Assembly: GCA_964489445.1 (NCBI GenBank) | Contig: CAZAYU010000001.1 | Location: 4,394-68,393, forward strand | Source of the DNA: an uncultured Planctomycetia bacterium | Lineage (GTDB): Bacteria; Omnitrophota; Gorgyraeia; Duberdicusellales; 4484-171 | Direction: 5' to 3' | DNA: 64,000 nt | Shown: positions 39,281 through 49,137 of the stretch, piece after piece | Numbering within the stretch: position 1 is the stretch's first letter | How the letters are laid out: each line of letters starts with the position of its first letter | The notes under the pieces: generated by a model | Databases searched by the model: none | Told to the model about the DNA's origin: nothing | What the model saw: the letters and a program-made list of their open reading frames with translations, nothing else | Program-made: the position numbers and the translations under genes

Positions 39281-40447
39281 ATGGATATAAACAAGCAGCA
39301 AAACTTACTGATTACTTGCGCTCGGGAAATAGCACCTTATTTACAGAAAGAAGTAAAAGATCTTGGATTTCAAGTCAAGTCACAGCACAGAACAGGTATA
39401 GAAATATCCGCGTCTTTAGTGGAGGCAATGAAACTTAACTTTTGCCTGCGAAACGCTTTTAATGTTCTCTGCCTGCTAAAGCAGTTTTCCTGTCGTCATG
39501 CGCAAGATCTGTATAAGCACGTATCTTCAATTGCCTGGGAAGATATTGTTGAGCCATCAGAATATATAAGTGTAGTTTCACGTGTAGACAGCCCGACAAT
39601 TAACAACTCAGTATTTGTCAGCCAAAAAGCCAAAGATGCAATCGTCGATAGAATAGCTGAAAAATGTAATATGCGCCCCAGCGCCGGAGGAAATAGAGAT
39701 AACGTAGTTGTTAACTTATATTGGAAGGATGAAAAATGCTGGATATATCTGAATACTTCCGGCCGCAAATTGTCCGACAGAAATTATCGAAAAATTCCCT
39801 ACAAGGCCCCCTTACAAGAAACTTTAGCCGCTGCCTTACTGCAAGCTGCCAATTATGACGGCTTACAAACTTTAGTTAACCCAATGTGCGGCAGTGGAAC
39901 AATTGCTATTGAAGCAGCCTTAGTTGCCTTAAATCGTCCAGCTGCCAGTTTACGCAGCAATTTTGGTTTTATGCATATTAAAGGTTTCGACCTAGAACTT
40001 TGGAATGCCTTGCGTAAGCAACTATCTACCTTATCCAAAAAAAAACCAAGCTTTAGAATTATTGCCTCTGACATCGACAAGCACGCCATTGAGCTAGCTA
40101 AAAAAAATGCTCAAAATGCCGGCGTAGACCATTGCATTGAATTCTATGTTTGCGACTTCAAAGATACACCGATCCCCGAAGAAAAAGGGATTATTGTTTT
40201 TAATCCAGAATATGGACAAAGGCTAGGTATTCAAAAACAATTGGAAAACACCTACAAAGAAATGGGTGATTTCTTAAAACAAAAATGTAGCGGATTTACC
40301 GGCTATGTCTTTACAGGAAATCAAGCACTAGCAAAATTTATAGGTCTACGTGCCAACAGACGATTACTTTTTTTTAATGCTAAGATAGAATGCCGGCTGC
40401 TCGAATATCTCCTATATTCCGGCACTAAACGATTAAGTTTTAGATAA
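39281..40447 (+). CDS. THUMP-domain RNA methyltransferase (RlmL/YpsC-like)
   Basis: APLQETLAAALL, PMCGSGTIAIEAA and NPEYG. Confidence 0.9.
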   Translation: MDINKQQNLLITCAREIAPYLQKEVKDLGFQVKSQHRTGIEISASLVEAMKLNFCLRNAFNVLCLLKQFSCRHAQDLYKHVSSIAWEDIVEPSEYISVVSRVDSPTINNSVFVSQKAKDAIVDRIAEKCNMRPSAGGNRDNVVVNLYWKDEKCWIYLNTSGRKLSDRNYRKIPYKAPLQETLAAALLQAANYDGLQTLVNPMCGSGTIAIEAALVALNRPAASLRSNFGFMHIKGFDLELWNALRKQLSTLSKKKPSFRIIASDIDKHAIELAKKNAQNAGVDHCIEFYVCDFKDTPIPEEKGIIVFNPEYGQRLGIQKQLENTYKEMGDFLKQKCSGFTGYVFTGNQALAKFIGLRANRRLLFFNAKIECRLLEYLLYSGTKRLSFR

Positions 40448-40458
40448 CTAATTTTTTG

Positions 40459-41487
40459 TTAGATATGGATACCAGCTAAAGTTATTTCCTGACGATTATG
40501 ATAGAGATGACGAATTTCAAGCTGAGAACAATACCCTAATAGCCCTGCATCAGGGCTATTAATCTTCTTGATAATTTCCATAGGGTCACACCGACCGATT
40601 TTCAGATTCACTATAAATCTTCGGCACCAATGATATTGCAACCATTTCTGAATTACTTGCAAAATAATCTCCGGGTTTTCAATAGTATCACAGAATAACC
40701 AGTCAGCATTTAATTTCTCTGAAGGAATAAATTTCAACGCATCTTGCTTTAAATGCGTAATGCCAGGATATGCTGAAATAGTTTTGTTAAGCTGCGCATT
40801 ATCAACAGCAATTACTTTTGCTTTACGCTTTAATGCGCTATAAGCCCAGCCACCAGGAGCAGCGCCTAGATCAACTACTTGCTCATTAGCTTGAGGTTGA
40901 CAGTTAATAAGGGTGTATGCTTCTTCTACCTTCAAATAAGAACGTGAAGGTGCATTTTTATCCATGCACATGCGCTGGCATGCTCCAGTAATTGCCGAAT
41001 AAGACACAAAAGCATGGTTAAAATCAGTAAAATAGACAAAAAAACCTTCAATTGCCTCCCGAGAATAAGGAGTTGGGTTTTGCAAAAGTTTTTCTACCCG
41101 AGACATTTTTTTTCTAATTTTATTGCGCCAGTTTAATTCAATTGATTTTGTTCGATGAGATAAATTTCTTACATCTGCATAAAAAAACAAAACCGGCAAA
41201 TGATGTTTAATGATCTTTTTATTCATCGAAGATAAAAAAAGTTCAGATAGCTTTAGAGTAAATTCATTAACTGAAAAAGCGCTTATTTCAACCGGGCTCA
41301 TTAATATAGTTTGCGCAAAGCATAGTTGAGACAGGTGTTGTATTATTGTCTTGCTAATATTTAATTGACACTGAACCCAGGAATTGCCTTGTGCTTTAAC
41401 CGAGCAATCATTCAAGGTAAGCTCCCGAATAAGGACAGGCTCGTAATCTGGTTTACACGTTATAAGTAAGTTCATTTTATTTTCCAT
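40459..41487 (-). CDS. RlmM-like 2'-O RNA methyltransferase
   Basis: APSRSYLKVEEA, VDLGAAPGGW, FCD, NLK and HLYHNRQEIT. Start uncertain. Confidence 0.82.
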   Translation of the reverse strand: MENKMNLLITCKPDYEPVLIRELTLNDCSVKAQGNSWVQCQLNISKTIIQHLSQLCFAQTILMSPVEISAFSVNEFTLKLSELFLSSMNKKIIKHHLPVLFFYADVRNLSHRTKSIELNWRNKIRKKMSRVEKLLQNPTPYSREAIEGFFVYFTDFNHAFVSYSAITGACQRMCMDKNAPSRSYLKVEEAYTLINCQPQANEQVVDLGAAPGGWAYSALKRKAKVIAVDNAQLNKTISAYPGITHLKQDALKFIPSEKLNADWLFCDTIENPEIILQVIQKWLQYHWCRRFIVNLKIGRCDPMEIIKKINSPDAGLLGYCSQLEIRHLYHNRQEITLAGIHI

Positions 41488-41746
41488 CGTTAATAAAAAG
41501 TATATTAACATAAACTTTTGCTTTGGCTATTATAAACATCGAAACAAACAAAATGATCTTTTGCAATAATTCTGTTGATGCGCTTTTTATTAAGCAAAAA
41601 TAAAGAGATGTGCTGGTAATTAAAAGCAAATATCAAAAATAAGTTAATTAAAAATATCTTGAAAGCACCGCTACAAGGTATATAGTAAATATGTGTATCC
41701 TAAAGACAGCTAAGCGCAAAAATACTGTTTAACTCATTTTCAAGAT

Positions 41747-42538
41747 ATGCCAACCATTAAGATCAACGATATTGACTGCTACTATGAAATTCACGGAAAA
41801 GGTAAGCCATTGGTGCTTATCGCTGGCTTGGGAAGCGACAGTCAAACTTGGTATCCTATACTTGCTAAGCTCGCTAAGCATTTTCAAATGCTTATCTTTG
41901 ATAATCGAGGCGTCGGCAAAACAAAATATCGTGAAAAAAAATTTACCATAAGCACGCTAGCTAAGGACACTCTTAGCCTTATTGATAAATTAGGAATTAA
42001 AAGGCCACACATCCTGGGACACTCTATGGGTGGATACATTGCTCAAGAAATAGCCATAGCCCATCCCACAAAAATTGACAAGCTAATTTTAGCAAGTATC
42101 TCTGCATTTACTTCGGAAAGAAATAAATTCCTCTTCAACAATATGGCTCATTGTTTAAGAGATGGTGTTGCGTATGAGATATTTTTGAGAGCATTCTTTT
42201 GTTGGATTTTTACTCCTCAATATTTTAATGATAAAAATAATGTAGATTCTGCAATCAAAAGTCTTTTAGAATATCCTTATCCGATAACCTTCGACGGTTT
42301 TAAACGACAAGTAGAGGCTATCAATTTATTCTCTTCCTTAAACAGAATAAATAAATTAAAAACAAAAACTTTAATACTTTTTGGCGAAAAAGATATCTTA
42401 GTTACCAAAAAGGAAATAGAGGAATTAGCTGCCAAAATGCCTAATGCCGAAGTTGCATCTTTAAAAAATGCAGCTCACTCTATTCACACAGAAAAAACAG
42501 AAGATTTTATTAAAAAAATAGTTGGTTTTCTAGAGTAG
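41747..42538 (+). CDS. Alpha/beta hydrolase
   Basis: DNRGVG, GHSMGG, GEKD and AAHSIH. Confidence 0.9.
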   Translation: MPTIKINDIDCYYEIHGKGKPLVLIAGLGSDSQTWYPILAKLAKHFQMLIFDNRGVGKTKYREKKFTISTLAKDTLSLIDKLGIKRPHILGHSMGGYIAQEIAIAHPTKIDKLILASISAFTSERNKFLFNNMAHCLRDGVAYEIFLRAFFCWIFTPQYFNDKNNVDSAIKSLLEYPYPITFDGFKRQVEAINLFSSLNRINKLKTKTLILFGEKDILVTKKEIEELAAKMPNAEVASLKNAAHSIHTEKTEDFIKKIVGFLE

Positions 42539-42568
42539 AACAACAAGCGAACTTAAAAGGAGGTGAGT

Positions 42569-42742
42569 ATGACAAAAGTATCCAAATTATTTGTACTAGC
42601 AGGGGTTATATTGATTTTGTTAGCAATTACTCTAAAGATAGCTGGAACCCATCTATTGTTAGGCTCAAAGAGTATTAAGCTTATTAGTTTGTTAGTTATG
42701 GCAAACACTTCTTTTATTTTAGCTATTTTATTTAAAAAATAA
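42569..42742 (+). CDS. Small 2-TM protein (57 aa), not in the ORF track
   Basis: AAGGAGGTG RBS followed by MTKVSKLFVLAGVILILLAITLKIAG...ILAILFKK*. Confidence 0.7.
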   Translation: MTKVSKLFVLAGVILILLAITLKIAGTHLLLGSKSIKLISLLVMANTSFILAILFKK

Positions 42743-42818
42743 TTCTGCTAAAAAGAGATATCCCATCAAGGCTAACCAATGATTGAATAAAGTCATTCAA
42801 TCATTCAAAAGAGAAATG

Positions 42819-44993
42819 CTATTTTGCTTTTTTCCGCAAAATCAATCCCAGTTTATCTAAACGAATATGTTTAAATAACAAAGGCATTACATATAAAGCA
42901 GTTAGTGCAGATAAAATAGTACCGAATAGAATAGTTCCCCCAAACCGTTGGGTAGGAGGAAAAGTCGAACATAAGAATATTCCAAAACCAATAGATACTA
43001 CAAACATAGAAGTTAGCACTGGCTGCCAAAGCTCATCACGTACCGCCTGCCAATCTCTTGTCCGACGAAATGCTTTAATCATGTGAATCATTGAGTCAAT
43101 GCCCATAGCAATAGCCACATTAGACGCTGGTGCAGAAATAATATCCAAAGGAATCCGGTAAATTCCGAAACAACCAAGGATCGTTAACGGAATAATGAAG
43201 ATACTAGCCACAACAGCCAATGTAACACGCAAAGAGCGCGAAAGATACCAAGTAATAAACCCAAAAAGTAAAATCAATTTAGACAACCCGCCTATTAAGC
43301 TTAAGGCAACTAATTTTGCCAAATGCCCCTGAAGGCTATATATTCCTCCGATAATTTCTGGATGCATTCCTTCATTTTCAGTGATTGCCTTGATTTCTTC
43401 AATAATTTCTAAGCGGGAAAGAGTACGATAAGATTCAATCATCCGCAATAAAAATAGCCCATGCTCACGGTCAGCAGTGATAAAACTTTTGGCAACCTCA
43501 TCATTCGTTGGCGATTCCATTGCATTTACCAATATTTCCCGAGGCAAAAACCATCCTAAAACTGGAGTCTGTTTGGCTTGAGCAATTAGCACCGGTAAGG
43601 ATATAACTGAACCCACAGCACGGTGTTGTTCTAACGATTCCTGAAGGCTCCATAACTGATTGTATGATTTATTAGAGTGGATCTTTTCTCCACTTTTTGA
43701 GCGAACCACTAAAATCAACGGGCTGCTTCCACCATTACGATCTATGTAGCTTAAACCTTGGTGTATTTCACTTGACTTTGAGAAATAAGAAAGCAAGCTC
43801 GGGTCAGAATCAATCATAAATAAACCTGGCAAAGTCAACAAACAGGTTGCAAAAATAAGCAAAATAATAAACTGCTTCCCTAAATCAATAAACCGGTAAG
43901 TTTTAATTTCATAATGTTCGATTTTCCCTTTACGCCGCTTTCTTGGACTAACTAATTTTAAAAATGCCGGAAATACCCCATAAGCAACTGCTATCGCCAC
44001 CAATGATCCAATAGCTCCAGAAACCCCCAAATCTCTCAACGGTTTAGCCGGAACAAACATTAAACTAATAAACCCCAGGAATGTGGTTAGCATACTCCAA
44101 AATGAGGGAGGAAAAGTCCGCCGAACAGCCTGTTTAACCGGGTCTTTGCAGCTTACATCTGCACGAAATGTTCGCCAGTTAAACGTCAAGAATATAATAT
44201 GCGAAAGAGTCATTACAAAAATAATCGTTCCCAGATTGGCGGTCAACAATCCGATCGGAATATTGAATAAGTTCGTCAGCATGAATGTCCACATGCAAGC
44301 ATTAAGGCAAGACAATATTGTCCCGAATAAAATACTTTTTGAATGAAATATATAAAAAATCAAAAGTCCAAATATTGTAAACGCCAAAAGACTAAATATT
44401 TTAAGATCCCGCAGGAGATAGCGCTTGATTAGTTCAATCACATATGGTAAACCAGCAGCTCGCAAATGAAAGTCTTTGCTTTCAAACTGCTGCATAATTT
44501 TTTCAATTTCCCGAATAATTTCCGAAGACTTCTGTTCATCAATAAGCACAATAAGGTTAGTTGCTTCGCGATCACTAGAAACAATCAAGCGCTTCCATAG
44601 TGGACTTTCAATCGCCTTACGTGTATTTCCCGGCCCAGCATGCGTTATGCTATTAACACTGATTACACCTTTAAGACCCAATAACATTTCGCTTAGCCTG
44701 GAAATCTTATCACGATATCGCTCGCGGTTAATCTGGCCGCTGGCTGAAATAATGACCTGTGAATCCTTACGGATAAATAACCGATTAATTAACCGCTCAC
44801 TTTGAAACTGGGGATCATCGCTTGAGAAAAAAAAGTTATTATCCACACTAGGAACTAAGGAAAGAAAAACTGAAACACAAATAATGCTTAAAGCAGTCAA
44901 TAGTACGAACACAACAACTTCCCGGGAAACATTGCGACAATTTTGGAAAAGCTTCCGAAAAGCATTACTGAGTATGTTTTTTGCAATTATCAT
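42819..44993 (-). CDS. MMPL/RND family exporter
   Basis: Duplicated TM bundles with two extracytoplasmic loops; SMLTTFLGFISL and GIDSMIH. Confidence 0.85.
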   Translation of the reverse strand: MIIAKNILSNAFRKLFQNCRNVSREVVVFVLLTALSIICVSVFLSLVPSVDNNFFFSSDDPQFQSERLINRLFIRKDSQVIISASGQINRERYRDKISRLSEMLLGLKGVISVNSITHAGPGNTRKAIESPLWKRLIVSSDREATNLIVLIDEQKSSEIIREIEKIMQQFESKDFHLRAAGLPYVIELIKRYLLRDLKIFSLLAFTIFGLLIFYIFHSKSILFGTILSCLNACMWTFMLTNLFNIPIGLLTANLGTIIFVMTLSHIIFLTFNWRTFRADVSCKDPVKQAVRRTFPPSFWSMLTTFLGFISLMFVPAKPLRDLGVSGAIGSLVAIAVAYGVFPAFLKLVSPRKRRKGKIEHYEIKTYRFIDLGKQFIILLIFATCLLTLPGLFMIDSDPSLLSYFSKSSEIHQGLSYIDRNGGSSPLILVVRSKSGEKIHSNKSYNQLWSLQESLEQHRAVGSVISLPVLIAQAKQTPVLGWFLPREILVNAMESPTNDEVAKSFITADREHGLFLLRMIESYRTLSRLEIIEEIKAITENEGMHPEIIGGIYSLQGHLAKLVALSLIGGLSKLILLFGFITWYLSRSLRVTLAVVASIFIIPLTILGCFGIYRIPLDIISAPASNVAIAMGIDSMIHMIKAFRRTRDWQAVRDELWQPVLTSMFVVSIGFGIFLCSTFPPTQRFGGTILFGTILSALTALYVMPLLFKHIRLDKLGLILRKKAK

Positions 44994-45214
44994 ATTTGTG
45001 TTTTGGTGGCGATTACTTTATTCTAATGTGAACCAGAAAATAGTAAAGAAAAATATTAGCATTACCATAACATATAAATTAAAATATTATACAACTAATT
45101 TGTGTTGCTTTTAGAAGTAATCTTTGGTATAAAAAGAGTTATCTTGCAAATCTGACTAGACAGAATAAATACCAAAAATGGCAATAGCAAGAAAACCTAA
45201 AAAAAGGAGAGATA

Positions 45215-45763
45215 ATGAGTGAGCTAACTAAGGAATTTGAGGATTTAAAAAAGAAACGAAATTGGTTTCTACTGTTTGGCGTATTGCTTATTGTTCTGGG
45301 AATAACATCAGTGAGCCTGCCTTTTATTATTACCACTATAGCTGTAGAGGTAGTGTTTGGATTGTTAGTAGTAATTGCTGGAATTATACAAATTAGTGCT
45401 GCATTATTTTGCCAAAACTGGAAAGGATTTTTTGCGCATCTTTTAGCCGGAATTATAGCTTGCAGCATAGGGGGAATTTTACTAATACATCCTCTGGAAG
45501 GAATAATTTTACTCTCGACATGGATAGCTATATTCTTTATAATTGAAGGAATTGCTAAGATTATTTATTCTTTAAAAATGCGTCCAGTAAAAAGTTGGGG
45601 ATGGATACTTTTTAATGGGATAATTTCACTTCTATTAGGAGTGCTTATTTGTTTAAAGCTGCCATTTAGCGGCATATGGGCCATAGGATTGTTAACAGCT
45701 ATCAACATGTTATTTGGTGGCTTAGCGCTAACTATGTTTTCTTTCGCTTTGCAAGATAAATAA
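45215..45763 (+). CDS. HdeD/DUF308 family membrane protein
   Basis: 6 TM segments, WGWILFNGIISLLLG; AAGGAG RBS. Confidence 0.88.
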   Translation: MSELTKEFEDLKKKRNWFLLFGVLLIVLGITSVSLPFIITTIAVEVVFGLLVVIAGIIQISAALFCQNWKGFFAHLLAGIIACSIGGILLIHPLEGIILLSTWIAIFFIIEGIAKIIYSLKMRPVKSWGWILFNGIISLLLGVLICLKLPFSGIWAIGLLTAINMLFGGLALTMFSFALQDK

Positions 45764-45797
45764 AAAATGCTCCAAATAAATACTATCAAAAATATTT

Positions 45798-45871
45798 GCG
45801 CCCGTAGATCAATTGGACAGATCGTTTGGCTACGGACCAGAAGGTTGCGGGTTCGACTCCTGCCGGGCGCA
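45798..45871 (+). tRNA. tRNA-Arg(ACG)
   Basis: GCGCCCG/CGGGCGC acceptor stem, anticodon loop CTACGGA, GGTTCGACTCC T-arm. Confidence 0.96.
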
Positions 45872-45992
45872 TACTGATCTTTAACATATTACGTATCTTT
45901 GTTATGCAAACCTGTGGTTTATCATAAGGATTGTCGGAACAAATAAATCAATTACCGTGAGCAATTAGACTTCGGCTGTGCCGAAGATTTGT

Positions 45993-46014
45993 TTCGACTC
46001 CTGCCGGGCGCATA
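45993..46014 (+). repeat. 22-bp duplicate of the tRNA-Arg 3' end
   Basis: ttcgactcctgccgggcgcata is identical to 45852-45873. Confidence 0.92.
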
Positions 46015-46217
46015 TTTTAGAGATAAGTGATAAGTGTGAAAAAGCTCATAGTCCGCAGTCGATAGTTTAAAACGATAGACGATGGATGACAGAAGAGTGA
46101 CGATGAAGAAAAGAAGAAAGGTTCAAGGTTAAAGGATAAAGGATAATGGACGAAGGGTAAAAAAATTAGAAAAGATCAATAGTTAGTAGCAGAAAATAAA
46201 AAGTCGATAGAGGAGGT

Positions 46218-46697
46218 ATGCTAATGAAAACAGTAGTAATTTATTATTCACGAAGTGGGACCACTAAAAAGATGGCCGAAATTATTTATAAAAACATAAA
46301 AGACGCTGGAGAAGAAGCAGACATTTTTCCAGTATCTGAAATCAAGCCGGAACAATTGCTGGATTATGATGGAATAATTATTGGTTCTCCTACTTATTAC
46401 GGAACTCTAGCTGCAGAAATTAAAAAATTTCTTGACGATAGCGTTTCGTTGCACGGAAAGTTAGACGGAAAACTAGGTGGCGCATTTTCTTCAGCAGCAA
46501 ATTTAGCCGGAGGAAACGAAACTACTATTCTGAGCATCCTAGAAGCAATGTTGATTCACGGAATGATTACCCAAGGCGACCCGAAAGGAGATCATTACGG
46601 TCCAGGAGCAATCAGCCAAATCGATAAACGCTGCGAAACAAATTGCCAAAGATTCGCCCAGCGTTTCATAAATACATTGCAAATACTTAAAAAATAA
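46218..46697 (+). CDS. Flavodoxin / WrbA-like NAD(P)H oxidoreductase
   Basis: YYSRSGTTKKMA, GSPTYYG and GGNETT. Confidence 0.9.
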   Translation: MLMKTVVIYYSRSGTTKKMAEIIYKNIKDAGEEADIFPVSEIKPEQLLDYDGIIIGSPTYYGTLAAEIKKFLDDSVSLHGKLDGKLGGAFSSAANLAGGNETTILSILEAMLIHGMITQGDPKGDHYGPGAISQIDKRCETNCQRFAQRFINTLQILKK

Positions 46698-46708
46698 AAC
46701 TATCCTAA

Positions 46709-47026
46709 ATGAATGAAATAATTGCTGTTTTAGTAACAATACCAGAAAAAAAAGCTAAAACCTTAGCTAACACGCTCTTGAAAGAAAAAGTTTGTGCTTG
46801 CATCAACATTGTTCAAAGAGTTAAATCCTTGTTCTGGTGGAAAGGCAAAATAACTTCTGAGCAAGAAGCCCTATTGATAATAAAAACAAAAAAAATATTA
46901 TTTCCTAAGCTAAAAAAAATGATTAAAGACAACCATCCCTACGAAGTTCCGGAAATAATTGCATTAGACGCTACCGGCGTAAATCGTAAATACAAAAAAT
47001 GGCTTATTAGTGAAGTAAAAAAATAA
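46709..47026 (+). CDS. cutA: Divalent-cation tolerance protein CutA
   Basis: ACINI, SLFWWKG and HPYEVPEII. Confidence 0.95.
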   Translation: MNEIIAVLVTIPEKKAKTLANTLLKEKVCACINIVQRVKSLFWWKGKITSEQEALLIIKTKKILFPKLKKMIKDNHPYEVPEIIALDATGVNRKYKKWLISEVKK

Positions 47027-47032
47027 ATTAAA

Positions 47033-47740
47033 ATGATTCAGGAAACACTAATCAACTTAGAAAAAATATTCACTACTAGCCATATCTGGGGTTTGGGAGC
47101 AAGTTTTTTTGCCGGTTTTCTAGTAAGTTTTTCCCCTTGCATCTATCCATTAATTCCGATAACTTTGGGCGTAACAGGAGCGGCAGCCTGCACAAGTAAA
47201 CTAAGAGGATTCACCACAAGCTTTGTATTTGTTTTAGGCATCGCTTCTGTATATACACTATTGGGAATTGCATCTTCTGTCTTCGGTTTATTTCTAGCCA
47301 CTTTTTTCATTAACCCATTTACATATTTTTTCCTTTCAGCTATCTTTTTTGTTTTAGGCTGCTCTTTAACCGGAATAATCAAACTAAATATCCCGTTTTT
47401 CTCTATAAACCAAGAACATTCTCCGAAGAAAGGATTAATATCTGTATTCGTTCTTGGAGCAATCAGTGGATTCGCAATAATCCCCTGTAATTTTCCGGTT
47501 CTAGGAGCAATATTGAGTTTAATTTCGTTAAAAAAGAGTGTGCTTTATGGAGGAACCGCTCTTTTCTTATTTTCGTTGGGATACGGAACAACATTGATTA
47601 TTTTAGGAACATTTAGCTCGTTAATCAAAAGACTTCCCAAGGGTGGTAAATGGCTCATTGTCATTCATAAGATCATTGGATTACTTTTTTTAGCTATAGG
47701 TTCCTTTTTCTTGTTTAAATTCATAACACTTATACGATGA
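47033..47740 (+). CDS. CcdA/DsbD transmembrane thiol-disulfide protein
   Basis: SFSPCIYPLIP, a second IPC motif and GGKWL. Confidence 0.9.
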   Translation: MIQETLINLEKIFTTSHIWGLGASFFAGFLVSFSPCIYPLIPITLGVTGAAACTSKLRGFTTSFVFVLGIASVYTLLGIASSVFGLFLATFFINPFTYFFLSAIFFVLGCSLTGIIKLNIPFFSINQEHSPKKGLISVFVLGAISGFAIIPCNFPVLGAILSLISLKKSVLYGGTALFLFSLGYGTTLIILGTFSSLIKRLPKGGKWLIVIHKIIGLLFLAIGSFFLFKFITLIR

Positions 47741-48195
47741 AAAAAAAGATTATATTTTTTTTGCTATTGGTTATATATCCAATAACCGGCCAAAGTGCCG
47801 ACTTCTATACTTTAGATAAAAAAATCACAACTTACGAAGAAATAACCGCTCACTCCAAAACAATTTTGCTTCTTTGGACTACATGGTGTCCAGGCTGCCG
47901 AACTGAAATCAACCGTCTATCTAAAGAATGTGACACAGCTAAAAACAGAGAGGATATAAAAATATTGTACATCAGTGAAGGCGAGGAAGAATCAACCGTC
48001 CAAAGATTCTTTACAAAAGCAAAACTTAACGAGTGCATGAAAAATAAAATACTTCTTGATCCAAGCGCATATCTTGCCCGAAAATTTTCGATTCCTGGCG
48101 TGCCAACGTATATCTTTATTGTTGACGGGCAACCAACATACAAATCACATTTCATTAACGATGATCTAGTCAATAAAATTTTCCCAGATGAATAA
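47737..48195 (+). CDS. TlpA-like thioredoxin
   Basis: Signal peptide, WTTWCPGC and GVP. Confidence 0.9.
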   Translation: MKKKIIFFLLLVIYPITGQSADFYTLDKKITTYEEITAHSKTILLLWTTWCPGCRTEINRLSKECDTAKNREDIKILYISEGEEESTVQRFFTKAKLNECMKNKILLDPSAYLARKFSIPGVPTYIFIVDGQPTYKSHFINDDLVNKIFPDE

Positions 48196-48293
48196 GCACC
48201 AAGCCAGCAGGGTTATAGGCATAATTTTTCCAATAATAAACATATTATCAATGTTTGACAGCATATTTATTTTATGCTATTTTAGGCCACATT

Positions 48294-49136
48294 ATGCAAA
48301 AAAATATTAAATTAGGAATTATTGGGTTAGGGAATATGGGGTTATCTCTATTGGATTCCTTTCCCCAAAAGGATAGGCAAAAAATTAATGTCTACGACAT
48401 AGATAAAAATAAATTAAAAAGCACAAAAGGCTGTATAAAAAGTAAGAACTTTGCAGAACTATTTTCTAGTAGTAACGTGCTAATACTCGCGATCAAACCG
48501 CAAGATATTCCAAATTTCATCGCAATAAACAATAGCTACCTGTCACAACATAAGCCACTATTAATTTCTATAGCTGCCGGCATTAAAACTTCCTTTTTTG
48601 AAAAATTAATCGAAGGAATAAGGATAGTCAGAGTTATGCCAAACTTAGCAATTAAAGTACGCAAGTCGCTGTCCTTTATTTCTGGAGGAAGCTTTATTGC
48701 GAAAAATGACTTACAAACTACCCAGGAGATATTTTCTCTATCCGGGAAGGTAATAGTCACAAACGAAAAACAATTAGACAAAGCAACTTCAATTACCGGA
48801 AGCGGACCAGGATACTTGTTTTTCTTTATGGAGATACTATATAAAAACGCAATTCGTCTTGGATTCTCCAAGGATACAGCAAAATTAATGGTCCTTCAAA
48901 CTTTTCAAGGAGCAACATCCATTGCTAAATTAAATAAAGATTTTGAAACATTGATGAAACAAGTAGCATCTAAGAATGGAACAACCGAAGCAGCATTCAA
49001 GGTCTTCAAGCAAAAAAATATTAGTAAGATTATTACCGAAGGAGTAAAAGCAGCAAACCAGCGCTCTCAAGGGATTCTTTTGGAATTATTTACACAAAAA
49101 AGTTGCTCAGAAAAAAAACGCAAAAAGGGGATTTAA
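48294..49136 (+). CDS. proC: Pyrroline-5-carboxylate reductase
   Basis: GLGNMG, AIKPQ, ISIAAG, RVMPN, GSGPGY and SKNGTT. Confidence 0.93.
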   Translation: MQKNIKLGIIGLGNMGLSLLDSFPQKDRQKINVYDIDKNKLKSTKGCIKSKNFAELFSSSNVLILAIKPQDIPNFIAINNSYLSQHKPLLISIAAGIKTSFFEKLIEGIRIVRVMPNLAIKVRKSLSFISGGSFIAKNDLQTTQEIFSLSGKVIVTNEKQLDKATSITGSGPGYLFFFMEILYKNAIRLGFSKDTAKLMVLQTFQGATSIAKLNKDFETLMKQVASKNGTTEAAFKVFKQKNISKIITEGVKAANQRSQGILLELFTQKSCSEKKRKKGI

Positions 49137-49137
49137 C

